Under the pieces are notes generated by a model, which made no database searches, had not been told where the DNA came from, and saw only the letters and a list, made by a program, of their open reading frames with translations. 64,000 nucleotides of DNA from a bacterium (GTDB lineage Bacteria; Patescibacteriota; Minisyncoccia; Moranbacterales; DUUL01). Shown here piece by piece: positions 48,767 through 59,237 of the stretch; position 1 is the stretch's first letter; every line of letters starts with the position of its first letter. Both the position numbers and the translations under genes were made by a program. Where the stretch lies: positions 16,175 to 80,174 of the forward strand of contig JABGXP010000018.1 in the NCBI GenBank assembly GCA_018675685.1. The letters run 5' to 3'.

Positions 48767-49186
48767 ATGACAGAAGAAAAAAAGGTTGAAGAAAAGAAGG
48801 ACGTTAAAGTTCCTGCTAAATTCAAAGCTATCATTGAGGAGATTGAAAAAATGAGTGTATTGGACCTTTCAGAATTGGTTTCAATTCTTGAAGATAAGTT
48901 CAATGTTACTGCTGCTGCTCCTGCAATGGCAATGGCTGCTCCTGTAGCTGGTGAAGAAGCTGCTGCTGAAGAGAAAACAGAATTCGATGTAACTTTAATT
49001 GCTCCTGGTGATGCAAAAATCAATGTGATTAAGGTTGTTAAAGAAATTACTGGTCTTGGTCTAAAAGAAGCGAAGGGCATTGTAGACGAAGCTCCAAAGG
49101 CTATTAAAGAGAAGGTAGCTAAAGAGGAAGCCGAAGAGTTGAAGAAAAAACTTGAAGATGCTGGAGCTACTGTAGAATTGAAATAG
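48767..49186 (+). CDS. rplL: 50S ribosomal protein L7/L12
   Basis: Ala-rich hinge and a C-terminal domain ending ...GATVELK. Confidence 0.93.
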   Translation: MTEEKKVEEKKDVKVPAKFKAIIEEIEKMSVLDLSELVSILEDKFNVTAAAPAMAMAAPVAGEEAAAEEKTEFDVTLIAPGDAKINVIKVVKEITGLGLKEAKGIVDEAPKAIKEKVAKEEAEELKKKLEDAGATVELK

Positions 49187-49220
49187 TTCAACTTTTCATA
49201 CTAAAGAGAAAACCCAAAAA

Positions 49221-49250
49221 AACCCATGGTTAAAACCATGGGTTTTTTGT
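49221..49250 (+). terminator. Intrinsic terminator after rplL
   Basis: aacccatggtt-aaa-aaccatgggtt followed by ttttgttt. Confidence 0.85.
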
Positions 49251-49267
49251 TTGGGATACAGCACTAA

Positions 49268-49780
49268 TTATTTCAATATCGCCTGAGCAAAAGGGACTGA
49301 GAATGCTCTGCACCAGATCCAAACCTCGTTGTTTATGTCCAGGTTTATTTCTTTTGGAATTAGATAATTTTGTCCACCCTTATTACCCTTTAGTTTTCCT
49401 AGATTTATTTCAGAAATATATTCCCCATCCTTTCCTAGATGCACAAAAAGATCTGGTCCATTTTCTGCGTCAAAACTGTCTTCAATTCGGAGGTAAGTAT
49501 CTCCTTTGATTTCAACAAAAGACACTGATCCACTCGCTCGATGGTTTGATTTTCCTTCGAATCTTCCAGTGGCAATAATTTGCAGTGTTGGTGGGGAGAT
49601 ATTTTCTTGTGGTGAAGAATCGGGTATTGAATTTTTTGAGACCTCCTTCTTTGTAATTGAGTGATTTGTGATATCTTCCAATGATTCATTTATCTCTTTA
49701 TCAATAAAGAGTGGCGAAATTAGCCAATATGTTATAGCAAAGAGCACTATTGTTGAAATCATGATGATTATCTTTTTCAT
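49268..49780 (-). CDS. DM13-domain protein, membrane-anchored
   Basis: GSVSFVEIKGDTYLRIEDSFDAENGPDLFVHLGKDGEY...GNKGGQNYLIP matches the DM13 consensus. N-terminal TM helix. Confidence 0.65.
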   Translation of the reverse strand: MKKIIIMISTIVLFAITYWLISPLFIDKEINESLEDITNHSITKKEVSKNSIPDSSPQENISPPTLQIIATGRFEGKSNHRASGSVSFVEIKGDTYLRIEDSFDAENGPDLFVHLGKDGEYISEINLGKLKGNKGGQNYLIPKEINLDINNEVWIWCRAFSVPFAQAILK

Positions 49781-49907
49781 ATAGTTGTTCTGAATGTTTA
49801 AAAATTTAGTAGCTATTATTATTTTAACAACAAATAGTTTATTCACAAGAGGATTTCTTTATAGTTGTAAGTTAGAATTTGCTAGGGCACCTTTTAATAC
49901 TTTAGAG

Positions 49908-49936
49908 TTGCGAAATTGTTTTTTTTTGGATATAAT
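49908..49936 (+). promoter_or_regulatory. Sigma-70-like promoter (TTGCGA-17-TATAAT) positioned for a leaderless parA mRNA
   Basis: The -10 hexamer ends 7 nt before the parA ATG at 49944. Confidence 0.5.
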
Positions 49937-49943
49937 TGAGCAT

Positions 49944-50708
49944 ATGGGAAAAATAATATCATTAGTAAACCAAAAAGGCGGAGTAGGGAAAACAACTACC
50001 GCTATAAATCTGGTTTCATATCTTGCCGATTTTGGAAAGAAAGTTTTGTTAGTAGATCTTGATCCTCAGTCAAACGCTTCAAGTGGTTTAGGAATTGACC
50101 CTAATTCTATTGAGAAGAATCTTTATCACATGCTTGTTCTTGATGAACATTCAGATAATGTGATAATAAAAGCAGATTTTCTGAGTCACGACATAATAAC
50201 ATCAAACCAGGATCTTGCAGCAGCCTCAGTTGAATTAGCTGGAATGGAAAATAGGGAGTATCGTTTATACAACGCTCTACGAAAACTACGTCCCCAGTAC
50301 GACTTCATTATAATTGACTCACCACCAAGTTTAGGACTTTTAACTATTAATGGTTTGGTTGCCTCTGATGAAGTTATTATCCCGGTTCAAACTGAATATT
50401 TTGCGTTGGAAGGACTGGGACAATTGTTAAACACAGTTGATCTTGTTCAAGACCATTTGCAACCAAAATTGCAGCTTGGGGGAATTGTAATGACAATGTT
50501 CGATCGTAGAAATAGACTTGCTCATCAGGTTGTAAAAGAGGTTAAGAAGCATTTTCCAGGGAAAGTATTCGATGCGGTGATTCCAAGAACTGTGAAACTC
50601 GCCGAAGCACCAAGTTTTGGAAAATCAATTCTTAATTTTGATCGATTTAATAAAGGGGCAAGAGCATATCGACAACTTGCAAATGAAGTGATTGAAAGGA
50701 GCGAGTGA
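49944..50708 (+). CDS. parA: Chromosome partitioning ATPase ParA/Soj
   Basis: MGKIISLVNQKGGVGKTTTAINL deviant Walker A. The track ORF starts upstream at 49794, but the canonical N-terminus is here. Confidence 0.9.
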   Translation: MGKIISLVNQKGGVGKTTTAINLVSYLADFGKKVLLVDLDPQSNASSGLGIDPNSIEKNLYHMLVLDEHSDNVIIKADFLSHDIITSNQDLAAASVELAGMENREYRLYNALRKLRPQYDFIIIDSPPSLGLLTINGLVASDEVIIPVQTEYFALEGLGQLLNTVDLVQDHLQPKLQLGGIVMTMFDRRNRLAHQVVKEVKKHFPGKVFDAVIPRTVKLAEAPSFGKSILNFDRFNKGARAYRQLANEVIERSE

Positions 50709-50768
50709 TTTCTTTGTGACGTTAAGTGAAATTGAAAAATAAAGATAATAAACTTAGAACAAATAAAA

Positions 50769-51821
50769 ATGGTTCAGCAAGGTGGATTGGGAAGAGGTTT
50801 GGCTTCTCTTATTCCTCAAAAAAATTTAAAGAAAAGAGACAATAAAGAGATCAGGAAAACTGATGAAGACCAGTCCTACTTAAGTTCCAAAAACAAGAAG
50901 CAGTGGCCGAATTCTGGTTTGGTTATAAAAAACGAAACCAAAAATCAAGCCCCGAAATCAAAAATTAAGAAAGGGAAGCGGGAAAGTATTGAGAGAACTA
51001 ACGAAGAGGTGAGTAGAAAAGAAAAAAGAACTTTTAAGGAAGGAGTTGATACAGTTGCAGTGGATCGAATTATTCCAAACCCACATCAACCAAGGATGAA
51101 TTTCAATGAATCAAAACTTGCAGAACTTGCTGATTCAATAAGTGCGCATGGAATTATTCAACCGCTAATAGTTACAAGTACAAGCAGCGGTGATTATGAG
51201 CTGATTGCAGGTGAGCGTCGTTTGGAGGCCAGTAAGATTTCTGGATTAGAGAAAGTTCCTGTTATCGTAAGGGACGTTGATGACCAAAAAAAAGCAGAGT
51301 GGGCAGTAGTTGAAAATGTCCAACGCCATGACCTAAACCCAATAGAAGAGGCCAAGGCATATAAGAAGATGCAAGAGAGATTTTCAATGACCCAAGAAGA
51401 AATTGCTGTGCGTGTTGGTAAGAGTAGGAGTACCATTGCTAATTCATTAAGACTATTGAATCTTCCAATTGAGATCCAGAGAGCTTTAATGGAAGAAAGA
51501 ATTTCAGAAGGTCATGCAAAGACAATTTTAAGTATTTCGAATCCAGAAAAACAAAGAGCACTCTTTGAGTTAATTTTAAAAGAGAATCTCAATGTTAGGC
51601 AAGCTGAGGTTAAAGTAAGAGATTCCCTAGGAAATGTTTCCAGGAGAAAAAGAAGACACTTAGATCCAGATGTTTATTCTAAACAAGAAGAGCTATCCCA
51701 ATCACTAGGGACTAAAGTTGAAATAAAAAAAGGAACAAAAGGTGGTAAAATAGTTATTGATTTCTATTCAGAGGAAGAACTGGAATCTCTTCTAACCAAC
51801 CTAACACCTCAAGATGATTGA
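50769..51821 (+). CDS. parB: Chromosome partitioning protein ParB/Spo0J
   Basis: ParB box GERRLEAS and an HTH. It has a Lys-rich N-terminal extension. Confidence 0.88.
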   Translation: MVQQGGLGRGLASLIPQKNLKKRDNKEIRKTDEDQSYLSSKNKKQWPNSGLVIKNETKNQAPKSKIKKGKRESIERTNEEVSRKEKRTFKEGVDTVAVDRIIPNPHQPRMNFNESKLAELADSISAHGIIQPLIVTSTSSGDYELIAGERRLEASKISGLEKVPVIVRDVDDQKKAEWAVVENVQRHDLNPIEEAKAYKKMQERFSMTQEEIAVRVGKSRSTIANSLRLLNLPIEIQRALMEERISEGHAKTILSISNPEKQRALFELILKENLNVRQAEVKVRDSLGNVSRRKRRHLDPDVYSKQEELSQSLGTKVEIKKGTKGGKIVIDFYSEEELESLLTNLTPQDD

Positions 51822-52248
51822 ATTTGAGGAGCCTGAAAAAGAGTATGTGTTTGAGGGCTCGAATATTATTAACAATAAACCAAAAACGAGGCTTTTAGTA
51901 TTACTACTGACCTTCTTTGTCATCATTGGGCTTTTTGTTAAAAATGAGTACAATTTTAATTTTTTTAAGGACAATAAAAGAATACTAAACTTTATTTGTT
52001 CTGATGAAAGCGTCTTCAATTATCATGACACAAAGGAAGCTAATTACGAAAGGGCTAAAAAAGCTCTCACTAATAACACTAGTTTATTGAAGAATGAGAA
52101 GGAGTTTACAGGAAGCGGAATCACATTTAAAAAAGTAAGTAGGACAAGAGTCATGAGACCTGTCATCGAATTGACTTTTTCAGGTGAAACTAGTTTTAAT
52201 GTGACAAAAGAGATGTGTGGCTTTAAGATAAAGTCTATATATAAATAG
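51814..52248 (+). CDS. Hypothetical membrane-anchored protein
   Basis: One N-terminal TM helix and no motif. It overlaps the parB stop by 8 nt. Confidence 0.45.
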   Translation: MIEFEEPEKEYVFEGSNIINNKPKTRLLVLLLTFFVIIGLFVKNEYNFNFFKDNKRILNFICSDESVFNYHDTKEANYERAKKALTNNTSLLKNEKEFTGSGITFKKVSRTRVMRPVIELTFSGETSFNVTKEMCGFKIKSIYK

Positions 52249-52268
52249 TTATAAGGTAAGGTTAAGAA

Positions 52269-52697
52269 ATGAATCAAATTAATATTTTTACAGACGGAGG
52301 ATCGAGAGGAAATCCTGGACCTTCAGCAGTAGGTGCTGTTATCGAAATTGGTGGGGAAAAGAAAAAATACGGCGAGTTTATTGGAAAAGCAACCAATAAT
52401 GAAGCTGAGTATGCAGCTCTTATTTTTGCGCTAAAGAAAACAAAACAACTTATTGGAAAGAACAATACCAAAGGGGCTAAATTGAGATGTGTGAGTGATT
52501 CTGAGTTAATGGTCAAGCAATTGAATGGAGAGTATAAACTGAAAGATGAAAAAATCCAAAAGAATTTTATTGAAATTTGGAATTTAAAACTTGATTTCGG
52601 AGAAATTTCTTTTGAGCACACAAAGCGTGAAAATAATAAAGAGGCTGATGCAATGGTAAATGAGGCGCTGGATCAGGAGAACTCAAGAATGTTCTAA
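52269..52697 (+). CDS. rnhA: Ribonuclease HI
   Basis: IFTDGGSRGNPGPSAVGAVI...NNEAEYAALIFAL catalytic DEDD pattern. Confidence 0.88.
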   Translation: MNQINIFTDGGSRGNPGPSAVGAVIEIGGEKKKYGEFIGKATNNEAEYAALIFALKKTKQLIGKNNTKGAKLRCVSDSELMVKQLNGEYKLKDEKIQKNFIEIWNLKLDFGEISFEHTKRENNKEADAMVNEALDQENSRMF

Positions 52698-52747
52698 GTT
52701 CTCTAAAAAACCCAATTATATTAGGAATAAAAAGTAAGTATTAAAGA

Positions 52748-53824
52748 ATGAAAATTGTAATTTTAGCAGGTGGTGGTGGTTCAAGAATGTGGCCAATGAG
52801 TAGAGCTGGGAAACCGAAACAGTTCTGCAGATTGATTTCAGAAAAAACAATGCTCGAGGAGACAATCGATCGTTTTGGGGACTATCCAGAGAATAAAATC
52901 TTTATAGCTACAACAAGTGAGTTAAAGGAAGGGGTTGAAGAAATTCTTCCCAATTTTCCAAAAGAGAATATTATAGTGGAACCAGCTAGGCGTGACACTG
53001 CACCTGCAATGGCCTATGCTGCGCTAAGGTTGAAATTAATCGACCCAGATGAACCAATAGCATTCATTCCCTCAGACCATTACATTGGAAGAATCGATAA
53101 ATTCTTAAATTCCATTAAGGAGGCAGAAAAAATGATCAAGGAAACTGGAAAACTTCTAGATATTTCAGTTCATCCAACGATACCAACAACAACGTTGGGA
53201 TATACTAAGGTCGGCAAAAGATTGTTTGAGCGAAATGGCGTGGAATTTTTTGAGTTTAAGGGTCATGCTGAAAAACCTGACTACAAAACAGCTCAGAAAT
53301 ATCTAGAGGAAGGATGTTATCTGTGGCATGCAAATTATTATATGTGGACCCCGAAATTATTCTTGGAAGCATATAAAAAATATGCACCAAAGATGTATGA
53401 GAAATTACTAGAAATTGAAGAGGCTATTAAAAACGAAGATGAGGTGGTGATCGAAAAGTCTTACCGTGAGATGGAGAAAATTTCAATTGATTATGCAATT
53501 ACAGAGAAGATGGATCCAGAAGAACTTTTGATCATTAAAGGCTCTTTCGATTGGAAGGACATTGGTGCTTGGGACACTTTGCATGAAAATTTGATGACAA
53601 AGACGGATGAACGGAGAAATTTAGTTAAAGGGGAAAGACTGAACATTGAAACTTCAGGTTGTATTATCTACGGAACTGAAGGGAAGCTGATTGCAACTGT
53701 TGGTGTCGATGACCTGGTTATTATTGATACAAAAGACTCTCTTCTGATATGTCCAAAATCGAGAGCACAGGACGTGAAAAAAGTTGTAGAGGAATTAAGA
53801 GAGAGAGAGGAGAGATATTTGTAA
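52748..53824 (+). CDS. Mannose-1-phosphate guanylyltransferase-like sugar nucleotidyltransferase
   Basis: ILAGGGGSRMWPMSRAGKPKQF. Confidence 0.85.
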   Translation: MKIVILAGGGGSRMWPMSRAGKPKQFCRLISEKTMLEETIDRFGDYPENKIFIATTSELKEGVEEILPNFPKENIIVEPARRDTAPAMAYAALRLKLIDPDEPIAFIPSDHYIGRIDKFLNSIKEAEKMIKETGKLLDISVHPTIPTTTLGYTKVGKRLFERNGVEFFEFKGHAEKPDYKTAQKYLEEGCYLWHANYYMWTPKLFLEAYKKYAPKMYEKLLEIEEAIKNEDEVVIEKSYREMEKISIDYAITEKMDPEELLIIKGSFDWKDIGAWDTLHENLMTKTDERRNLVKGERLNIETSGCIIYGTEGKLIATVGVDDLVIIDTKDSLLICPKSRAQDVKKVVEELREREERYL

Positions 53825-53876
53825 TCATTTGCAAGAAATTAAAATAAATAGAGAACAAGGTTACAACAATAGTGCA

Positions 53877-53906
53877 AAAATCCATAACATTTGTTATGGA
53901 TTTTTA
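53877..53906 (+). terminator. Intrinsic terminator
   Basis: tccataaca...tgttatgga followed by ttttt. Confidence 0.7.
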
Positions 53907-53999
53907 TTGCAAACAATAGCTGCAATGGATTTGAGATAAGAGTTTTTGTAGGAACTCTTAAAAAATAAAAGAAGAAACGTTAATAAGCAAGGAATAAAG

Positions 54000-54028
54000 T
54001 TGACAATGAAAGAGCGTTTTTGTATACT
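54000..54028 (+). promoter_or_regulatory. Sigma-70-like promoter upstream of nusA (TTGACA-17-TATACT)
   Basis: Sequence match. It is followed by a roughly 108-nt leader with a small hairpin. Confidence 0.55.
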
Positions 54029-54142
54029 AACAGTGTGAAATGAGAGAGGTTGCTTGAGAATTCCGGTCATGAAATGACGGGAATTTATTTTTAAAAGAAA
54101 CTTTTAAGTTGCAAGAATTAATAAATAGCTAAATTTACTAAA

Positions 54143-55570
54143 ATGGGAACAAAACTAATTAAAGACTCCTCAGCTCTCGGGCAGTTTGGAAGTGCTATCG
54201 CACAAATTTGTGAGGAGAAAGGAATTGAAAAAAAGAAAGTAATTGAGTCTGTTGAAGCCGCACTAGCCGCTGCGTATAAAAAGGATTATGGACACAAAGG
54301 GCAAATTATAATTGCTCATTTAGGTGAAGATACGGGAGAGGTTAGCTTTAAGCAATTACGAGAAGTGATTGATGAATCTGTACGCGTGATAGAGCGAGAG
54401 TATCTCACAGAAAATGCGCATGAGATTGGCGAAGGAGCAAAAAAAAGTGATGAAATTTTGGATGGAGTTAAGGTCCAGGAAATTATTGAAGAATCAGAAA
54501 CTCTTCCGAGGTTTAATCCAGAAAGAGATGTTCTTTTGGAGGATGCTGTAAAGATTGACAATTCAATTGCTATCGGAGAGTTCATTGAAATCCCACTTGA
54601 AACAAAAGATCAATATGGAAGAGTCGCCTCACAAACAGCGAAGCAAGTGATTATTCAAAGGATTCGGGAAGCAGAAAGAGACTCAATGTTTGAGGAATAC
54701 AAAGAGAAGGAAGGTGATGTTGTGAACGGAACTGTTCAGAGAGTCGAGTTAAATAAAGTATTTATAGATCTTGGAAAAGCTGTAGGAGTATTATTCCCGT
54801 CTGAACAAATCCCAACGGAAAGATATCGAATTGGACAAAGAATTAAGGTTTATCTAAGTCGTGTTGAATCTGATCCAAAGGGACCAGGAATCACACTTTC
54901 AAGAAGACACCCTGAATTGTTGAAGAAATTATTTGAATTGGAAGTACCAGAGATTTTTGCTGGAACAGTTGAAATTAAAGCAATTGCGAGAGAGGCAGGT
55001 GGTCGATCTAAGATTGCTGTGATTTCAAATGAGGATGGGATTGATCCAATTGGTTCTTGTGTTGGACAAAAAGGGACTCGAGTCCAAGCAGTAATAGATG
55101 AGATTTGTGGAGAAAAAATTGACATTATTGAATGGAGTGAAGATCCAGAGGAAATGATTGCAAGCGCGCTTTCACCCGCAAAAGTAATTAATGTTGAAGC
55201 GAAGGAGTCTGAGAAAAAAGAAGAAGGTGAGACTGAAGAAAGAAAAGCCATTGCATATGTTACACAAGAACAACTTTCTTTGGCAATTGGGAAAAGAGGG
55301 CAGAACGTTAGATTGGCTGCTAAATTAACAGGGTGGAAAATAGATGTTGAAGTTATCAACGATGATAGTGAAGCTACGACTACTGATTCCGAAGAGAAAA
55401 AAGAAATAGTTGAGACTGAAAAAGAAGATTCAGCAGTAGAAGATAAAAAAAAATCTCTTAAGGCTGAGGAAATCGAAGAAGGGCCAAAGGAGATAAAAAA
55501 GAAGGCCACTAAAAAAGTGACAAAGAAAAAAGTTGTAAAAGTAGAAAAAAAAGTCACTAAGAAAGAATAA
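54143..55570 (+). CDS. nusA: Transcription termination/antitermination factor NusA with a K/E-rich C-terminal tail
   Basis: N-terminal domain, S1 domain (GDVVNGTVQRVE...) and two KH domains (GSCVGQKGTRVQAV / AIGKRGQNVRLA). Confidence 0.9.
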   Translation: MGTKLIKDSSALGQFGSAIAQICEEKGIEKKKVIESVEAALAAAYKKDYGHKGQIIIAHLGEDTGEVSFKQLREVIDESVRVIEREYLTENAHEIGEGAKKSDEILDGVKVQEIIEESETLPRFNPERDVLLEDAVKIDNSIAIGEFIEIPLETKDQYGRVASQTAKQVIIQRIREAERDSMFEEYKEKEGDVVNGTVQRVELNKVFIDLGKAVGVLFPSEQIPTERYRIGQRIKVYLSRVESDPKGPGITLSRRHPELLKKLFELEVPEIFAGTVEIKAIAREAGGRSKIAVISNEDGIDPIGSCVGQKGTRVQAVIDEICGEKIDIIEWSEDPEEMIASALSPAKVINVEAKESEKKEEGETEERKAIAYVTQEQLSLAIGKRGQNVRLAAKLTGWKIDVEVINDDSEATTTDSEEKKEIVETEKEDSAVEDKKKSLKAEEIEEGPKEIKKKATKKVTKKKVVKVEKKVTKKE

Positions 55571-55626
55571 TTTAGCGTTTGAAGATAGTAAAAAAGGTTT
55601 GAAAATAAGCTATTGAGATTAACTAG

Positions 55627-56550
55627 ATGAAATATATTATTGGACACAAAAATCCTGACACGGATACAATTTGCAGCGCAATCGGATATCAAGCGTTCCT
55701 AGAAGCCAGGAATATTAAAAGTGAAGCATTAGCGCTAGGCAGCATCAATAAAGAGACAAAGTTTGTACTAACTTATTTTGGCGTGGATCTTCCAAGAGAA
55801 GTTTCCGAGTTACCACATAACTCAGAAATAATTCTAGTTGATCACAATGAAGAGTCTCAGAGTATTGATAATTTAAATGAGCTAGATATTATCGAAATAA
55901 TTGATCATCATAAAGTTAAAATTCAAACAGACAAACCAATCAGGATTCACGTTGAACCGCTAGGATCTTCTTGTTCCATCATTGCAAAAAAATACTTTGC
56001 TAAAAATCTTGAAATATCAAAAGAAGTAGCAGGACTCTTGCTTGCAGGAATTATCTCTGATACATTATACTTTCGTTCTCCAACTACAACAGAAACTGAC
56101 AAAGAATTGGTGAAAAAACTTAATGAGATTGTGGAAATTGAAGATTTGGCTGAATTCAGTATGTTGATGTTTTATGCAAAAAGTGATATGAGCGATATTA
56201 AAACCAAAGACTTAATTAAATTGGACTATAAAGTCTTTGAATTTGGTGGAGCTGAATATGGAATTGGTGTTATGGAAACAACCAACAAGGACGCTGGATT
56301 AGAGAGAAAAGAAGAGATATTAGAAAATTTAACTCAAGTAAAAAAAACGGATAATCTAAAAGGAGCATTTCTTTCGATAATAGACATTTTAAATAAAGAA
56401 AGCTATACTCTTTGTTCAGGGAATGAAGAGAAGGAACTATTCATTGAAATGTTCAAAGCTGAGGACAGGGAGGACGTTTTGTTTGTAGACGGTATTGTTT
56501 CAAGGAAAAAAGAGATTGTGCCAGTTTTTGAAAATCATTTAAATAAGTAA
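55627..56550 (+). CDS. ppaC: Family II (DHH) manganese-dependent inorganic pyrophosphatase
   Basis: GHKNPDTDTICSAIGY...VDHNE...DHH motifs and the C-terminal DHHA2 region. Confidence 0.8.
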   Translation: MKYIIGHKNPDTDTICSAIGYQAFLEARNIKSEALALGSINKETKFVLTYFGVDLPREVSELPHNSEIILVDHNEESQSIDNLNELDIIEIIDHHKVKIQTDKPIRIHVEPLGSSCSIIAKKYFAKNLEISKEVAGLLLAGIISDTLYFRSPTTTETDKELVKKLNEIVEIEDLAEFSMLMFYAKSDMSDIKTKDLIKLDYKVFEFGGAEYGIGVMETTNKDAGLERKEEILENLTQVKKTDNLKGAFLSIIDILNKESYTLCSGNEEKELFIEMFKAEDREDVLFVDGIVSRKKEIVPVFENHLNK

Positions 56551-56572
56551 ATAAGAAATTTAAAGAAATATT

Positions 56573-57895
56573 ATGACGACTAAGAAGATAGAAAAAAAGA
56601 ATAAAGTTGAAATTGAAAAGCTTGCTGGATCTGAAGTTAAACTTTCAATTATTATACCGAAAGAGACATTCAATAAGCACGTAGAAACTGCTACTAAAAG
56701 TTTAGCTTCAGAGATGAAAATGGATGGTTTTCGAAATGGAAAAGTTCCGAAGGAAGTGGTTGAAAAGACAGTTGGAACAGAAAAGATCGTTTATCAGGCA
56801 GCAGAAGAGGCTGTTCGAGAGGGATATGTAAACGCAATTTTGGATAATAAAATTGATGCAATTGGTGAGCCGAGGATTGATATTAAAAAGATTGCCAAGG
56901 GAAACGACTTTGAATTTACTGCAACTGTAGGAGTTCTTCCTGAAATTGAACTTGGTAATTGGGAAAAGGGCGCCATTAAGATTAATAAGAAATTTTCCAA
57001 AGAAGAAATAAAAGTTGAAGAAAAAGAAATTGATCATGAAGTAAAATATCTTGCAGAGCAAAGAGCGAAAATTGTGACAGTAAACAGAGCTGTCAAAAAA
57101 GGCGATCAAGTTGAAATCGACTTTGATGTTTTCTTGGATAACGTCGCTATCGAAAATGGATCAGCGAAGAAGCATGTTATGCTAATCGGCGATGGTAAAT
57201 TTATACCTGGATTTGAAGATAATCTAATTGGCATGAAAGCTGGCGATGAAAAAGATTTTAAACTAGCTTTTCCAAAGGAGTATCATGCAAAGCATCTTGC
57301 AGGAAAGGAAGCAGAATTTAAAGTTAAACTTAATCTTGTCCAGGAAAAGGAAATTGCAAAGATCGACGATGATTTTGCTAAAAGTATTGGAGAATTTAAA
57401 AGCCTCAAGTCTTTGAAAGAAAATATTGAAAAAGGTATTTCACAAGAGAAAAAGCGAAAAAATGATGATGAGCACAAGAAGGAGTTGATTGAATCTATCA
57501 TTGAAACTATGAAAGTCGAAGTGCCAGAAGTTCTCCTGGAGAGAGAAATGGATATAATGATGGGAGAATTAGAGGCTGATATCTCCAGAATGGGGATTGA
57601 CAAGGAAGGATATTTCAAACAAGTCAAAACAACAGAGGAGAAAGTGAAAGAGGGATGGAAAGAGAACGCTGCACCAAAGAGAGTAAAAGCAGCCTTAATT
57701 CTTCAAGAAATTGCTAAGCAAGAAAAATTTGTGCCTGATACTAAGGAAATTGAAGAAAAAGTAAATCAAACTCTTGAGTATTATCAAACAATTGGAACCA
57801 CTGATGATAAAATTGATACGCACAGGCTTTATGAGGCAACGAAAGGCAGCTTGGCTAATGAGATGGTATTTAAATTCCTTATGGAAGTAAAATAG
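56573..57895 (+). CDS. tig: Trigger factor
   Basis: Domain order, a central FKBP-like GFRNGKVP motif and the position before clpP. Confidence 0.85.
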   Translation: MTTKKIEKKNKVEIEKLAGSEVKLSIIIPKETFNKHVETATKSLASEMKMDGFRNGKVPKEVVEKTVGTEKIVYQAAEEAVREGYVNAILDNKIDAIGEPRIDIKKIAKGNDFEFTATVGVLPEIELGNWEKGAIKINKKFSKEEIKVEEKEIDHEVKYLAEQRAKIVTVNRAVKKGDQVEIDFDVFLDNVAIENGSAKKHVMLIGDGKFIPGFEDNLIGMKAGDEKDFKLAFPKEYHAKHLAGKEAEFKVKLNLVQEKEIAKIDDDFAKSIGEFKSLKSLKENIEKGISQEKKRKNDDEHKKELIESIIETMKVEVPEVLLEREMDIMMGELEADISRMGIDKEGYFKQVKTTEEKVKEGWKENAAPKRVKAALILQEIAKQEKFVPDTKEIEEKVNQTLEYYQTIGTTDDKIDTHRLYEATKGSLANEMVFKFLMEVK

Positions 57896-57931
57896 ACGCT
57901 TAAGGAATTATTTAAAAAGTAAGATTGGTTT

Positions 57932-58504
57932 ATGCTTATCCCTACAGTTATTGAAAAATCACAATTTGGAGAACGAGCGTATGATATTTACTCGAGACTT
58001 CTCAAAGAAAGAATTATTTTCCTTGGAACACCGATTGATGATCAGGTTGCAAATGCTATTATTGCTCAATTACTTTTTCTTGATTCACAAGATAGTGACT
58101 TGGATGTCAAGCTATATATCAACTCGCCTGGTGGAAGTGTTTCTGCAGCATTAGCAATCTTTGATACAATGAATTTTATCAAAAGTGATGTTTCGACAAT
58201 TTGTGTTGGTTCGGCGGCAAGCGCAGCAGTAATCTTGCTTTGTGCTGGGAAAAAAGGAAAACGTTTTTCTTTACCAAACAGTGAGGTTATGATTCATCAA
58301 GTTATGGGTGGTGTGGAAGGTCAAGCTACGGATATTGACATCCACGCAAAGCATATTTTGAAGATTAAGGAAAAATTGAACAAAATATTAGCCAAACATA
58401 CAGGACAGAAGGAAAGCGATATTGGAAGAGATACTGAAAGAGACTACTTTATGTCCGCAGAGGAGGCTAAGAAATATGGAATTATCGACAAAATTATAAA
58501 GTAG
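57932..58504 (+). CDS. clpP: ATP-dependent Clp protease proteolytic subunit
   Basis: The Ser-His-Asp triad context (GSAASAA...IHQV...GRDTERD) is conserved. Confidence 0.92.
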   Translation: MLIPTVIEKSQFGERAYDIYSRLLKERIIFLGTPIDDQVANAIIAQLLFLDSQDSDLDVKLYINSPGGSVSAALAIFDTMNFIKSDVSTICVGSAASAAVILLCAGKKGKRFSLPNSEVMIHQVMGGVEGQATDIDIHAKHILKIKEKLNKILAKHTGQKESDIGRDTERDYFMSAEEAKKYGIIDKIIK

Positions 58505-58623
58505 TGCGTAGCAATATTCTTATTGACAAAAGCGTTTTTTTTAGGTAAGCTACACAGAGTTTGTTTTTCATAAGAATCAAATTTATGTGTTTGTGTAATT
58601 AATTATTCATTGAAAGTGAGATT

Positions 58624-59049
58624 ATGATTATCATTAGATTTTCAAGAGTTGGAAAAAAGGGACATGCTCAATATAAAGTTGTGCTTGCTGAAAAATCATT
58701 TCCAGTACAAGGAAAGTGTATCGAACAATTAGGGAGCTATGATCCACACCAAAAATTAGCAGTTTTGAAGGCTGACAGAATCAAGTATTGGATTGGAGAA
58801 GGAGCTGCTTGTAGTGATTCAGTTCATAACATGCTTGTGAACGAAGGAATACTCAAGGCTGATAAGAGAAAAGTTTCAATTAAAATTGAAGAAAAAGAAG
58901 TGGAAGAGAAGGAGGAGAAGATTGAGGAGGTGAAGGAAGAGATAAAGACGGAAGAAGTAGTAAAAAAACCTTCTGAAACTGAGGTTGAGAAAAAGGAAGA
59001 ACCTAAAAAAGAAGCCTCTACTGAAGAAGCTAAGGAAGAAAAAAAATAG
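58624..59049 (+). CDS. rpsP: 30S ribosomal protein S16 with a K/E-rich C-terminal extension
   Basis: MIIIRFSRVGKKGHAQYKVV...GSYDPH. Confidence 0.9.
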   Translation: MIIIRFSRVGKKGHAQYKVVLAEKSFPVQGKCIEQLGSYDPHQKLAVLKADRIKYWIGEGAACSDSVHNMLVNEGILKADKRKVSIKIEEKEVEEKEEKIEEVKEEIKTEEVVKKPSETEVEKKEEPKKEASTEEAKEEKK

Positions 59050-59069
59050 ACTAGTTCAAACTATTTTAA

Positions 59070-59099
59070 AACCCGGTTACCACCGGGTTTTTTGTTTTT
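59070..59099 (+). terminator. Intrinsic terminator after rpsP
   Basis: aacccggt-tacc-accgggtt followed by ttttgttttt. Confidence 0.85.
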
Positions 59100-59237
59100 G
59101 AATGAAGTTTAGTTTTAATTGAATGAAGTTGATTTTTTCTAGATTTGATGTAGTATTAAGGTTGTAAGTAGAAGATAGTTTTGGATATCGACTATGTTTT
59201 TTTAGGTAGATGTATAAAAAGAAAGCTAATTAAAAAT

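Noticed and set aside
54850-55692. 280-aa minus-strand ORF (Ser/Phe-rich) inside nusA. Similar long antisense ORFs lie at 26257-26856 (inside ligA), 46164-46796 (inside the permease), 48757-49191 (antisense to rplL), 1179-1655 (antisense to the rpsF tail) and 9545-9838.
   Set aside because: They overlap well-supported conserved genes on the opposite strand. They have low-complexity composition produced by reading AT-rich, purine-skewed coding sequence backwards, and no RBS or motifs.
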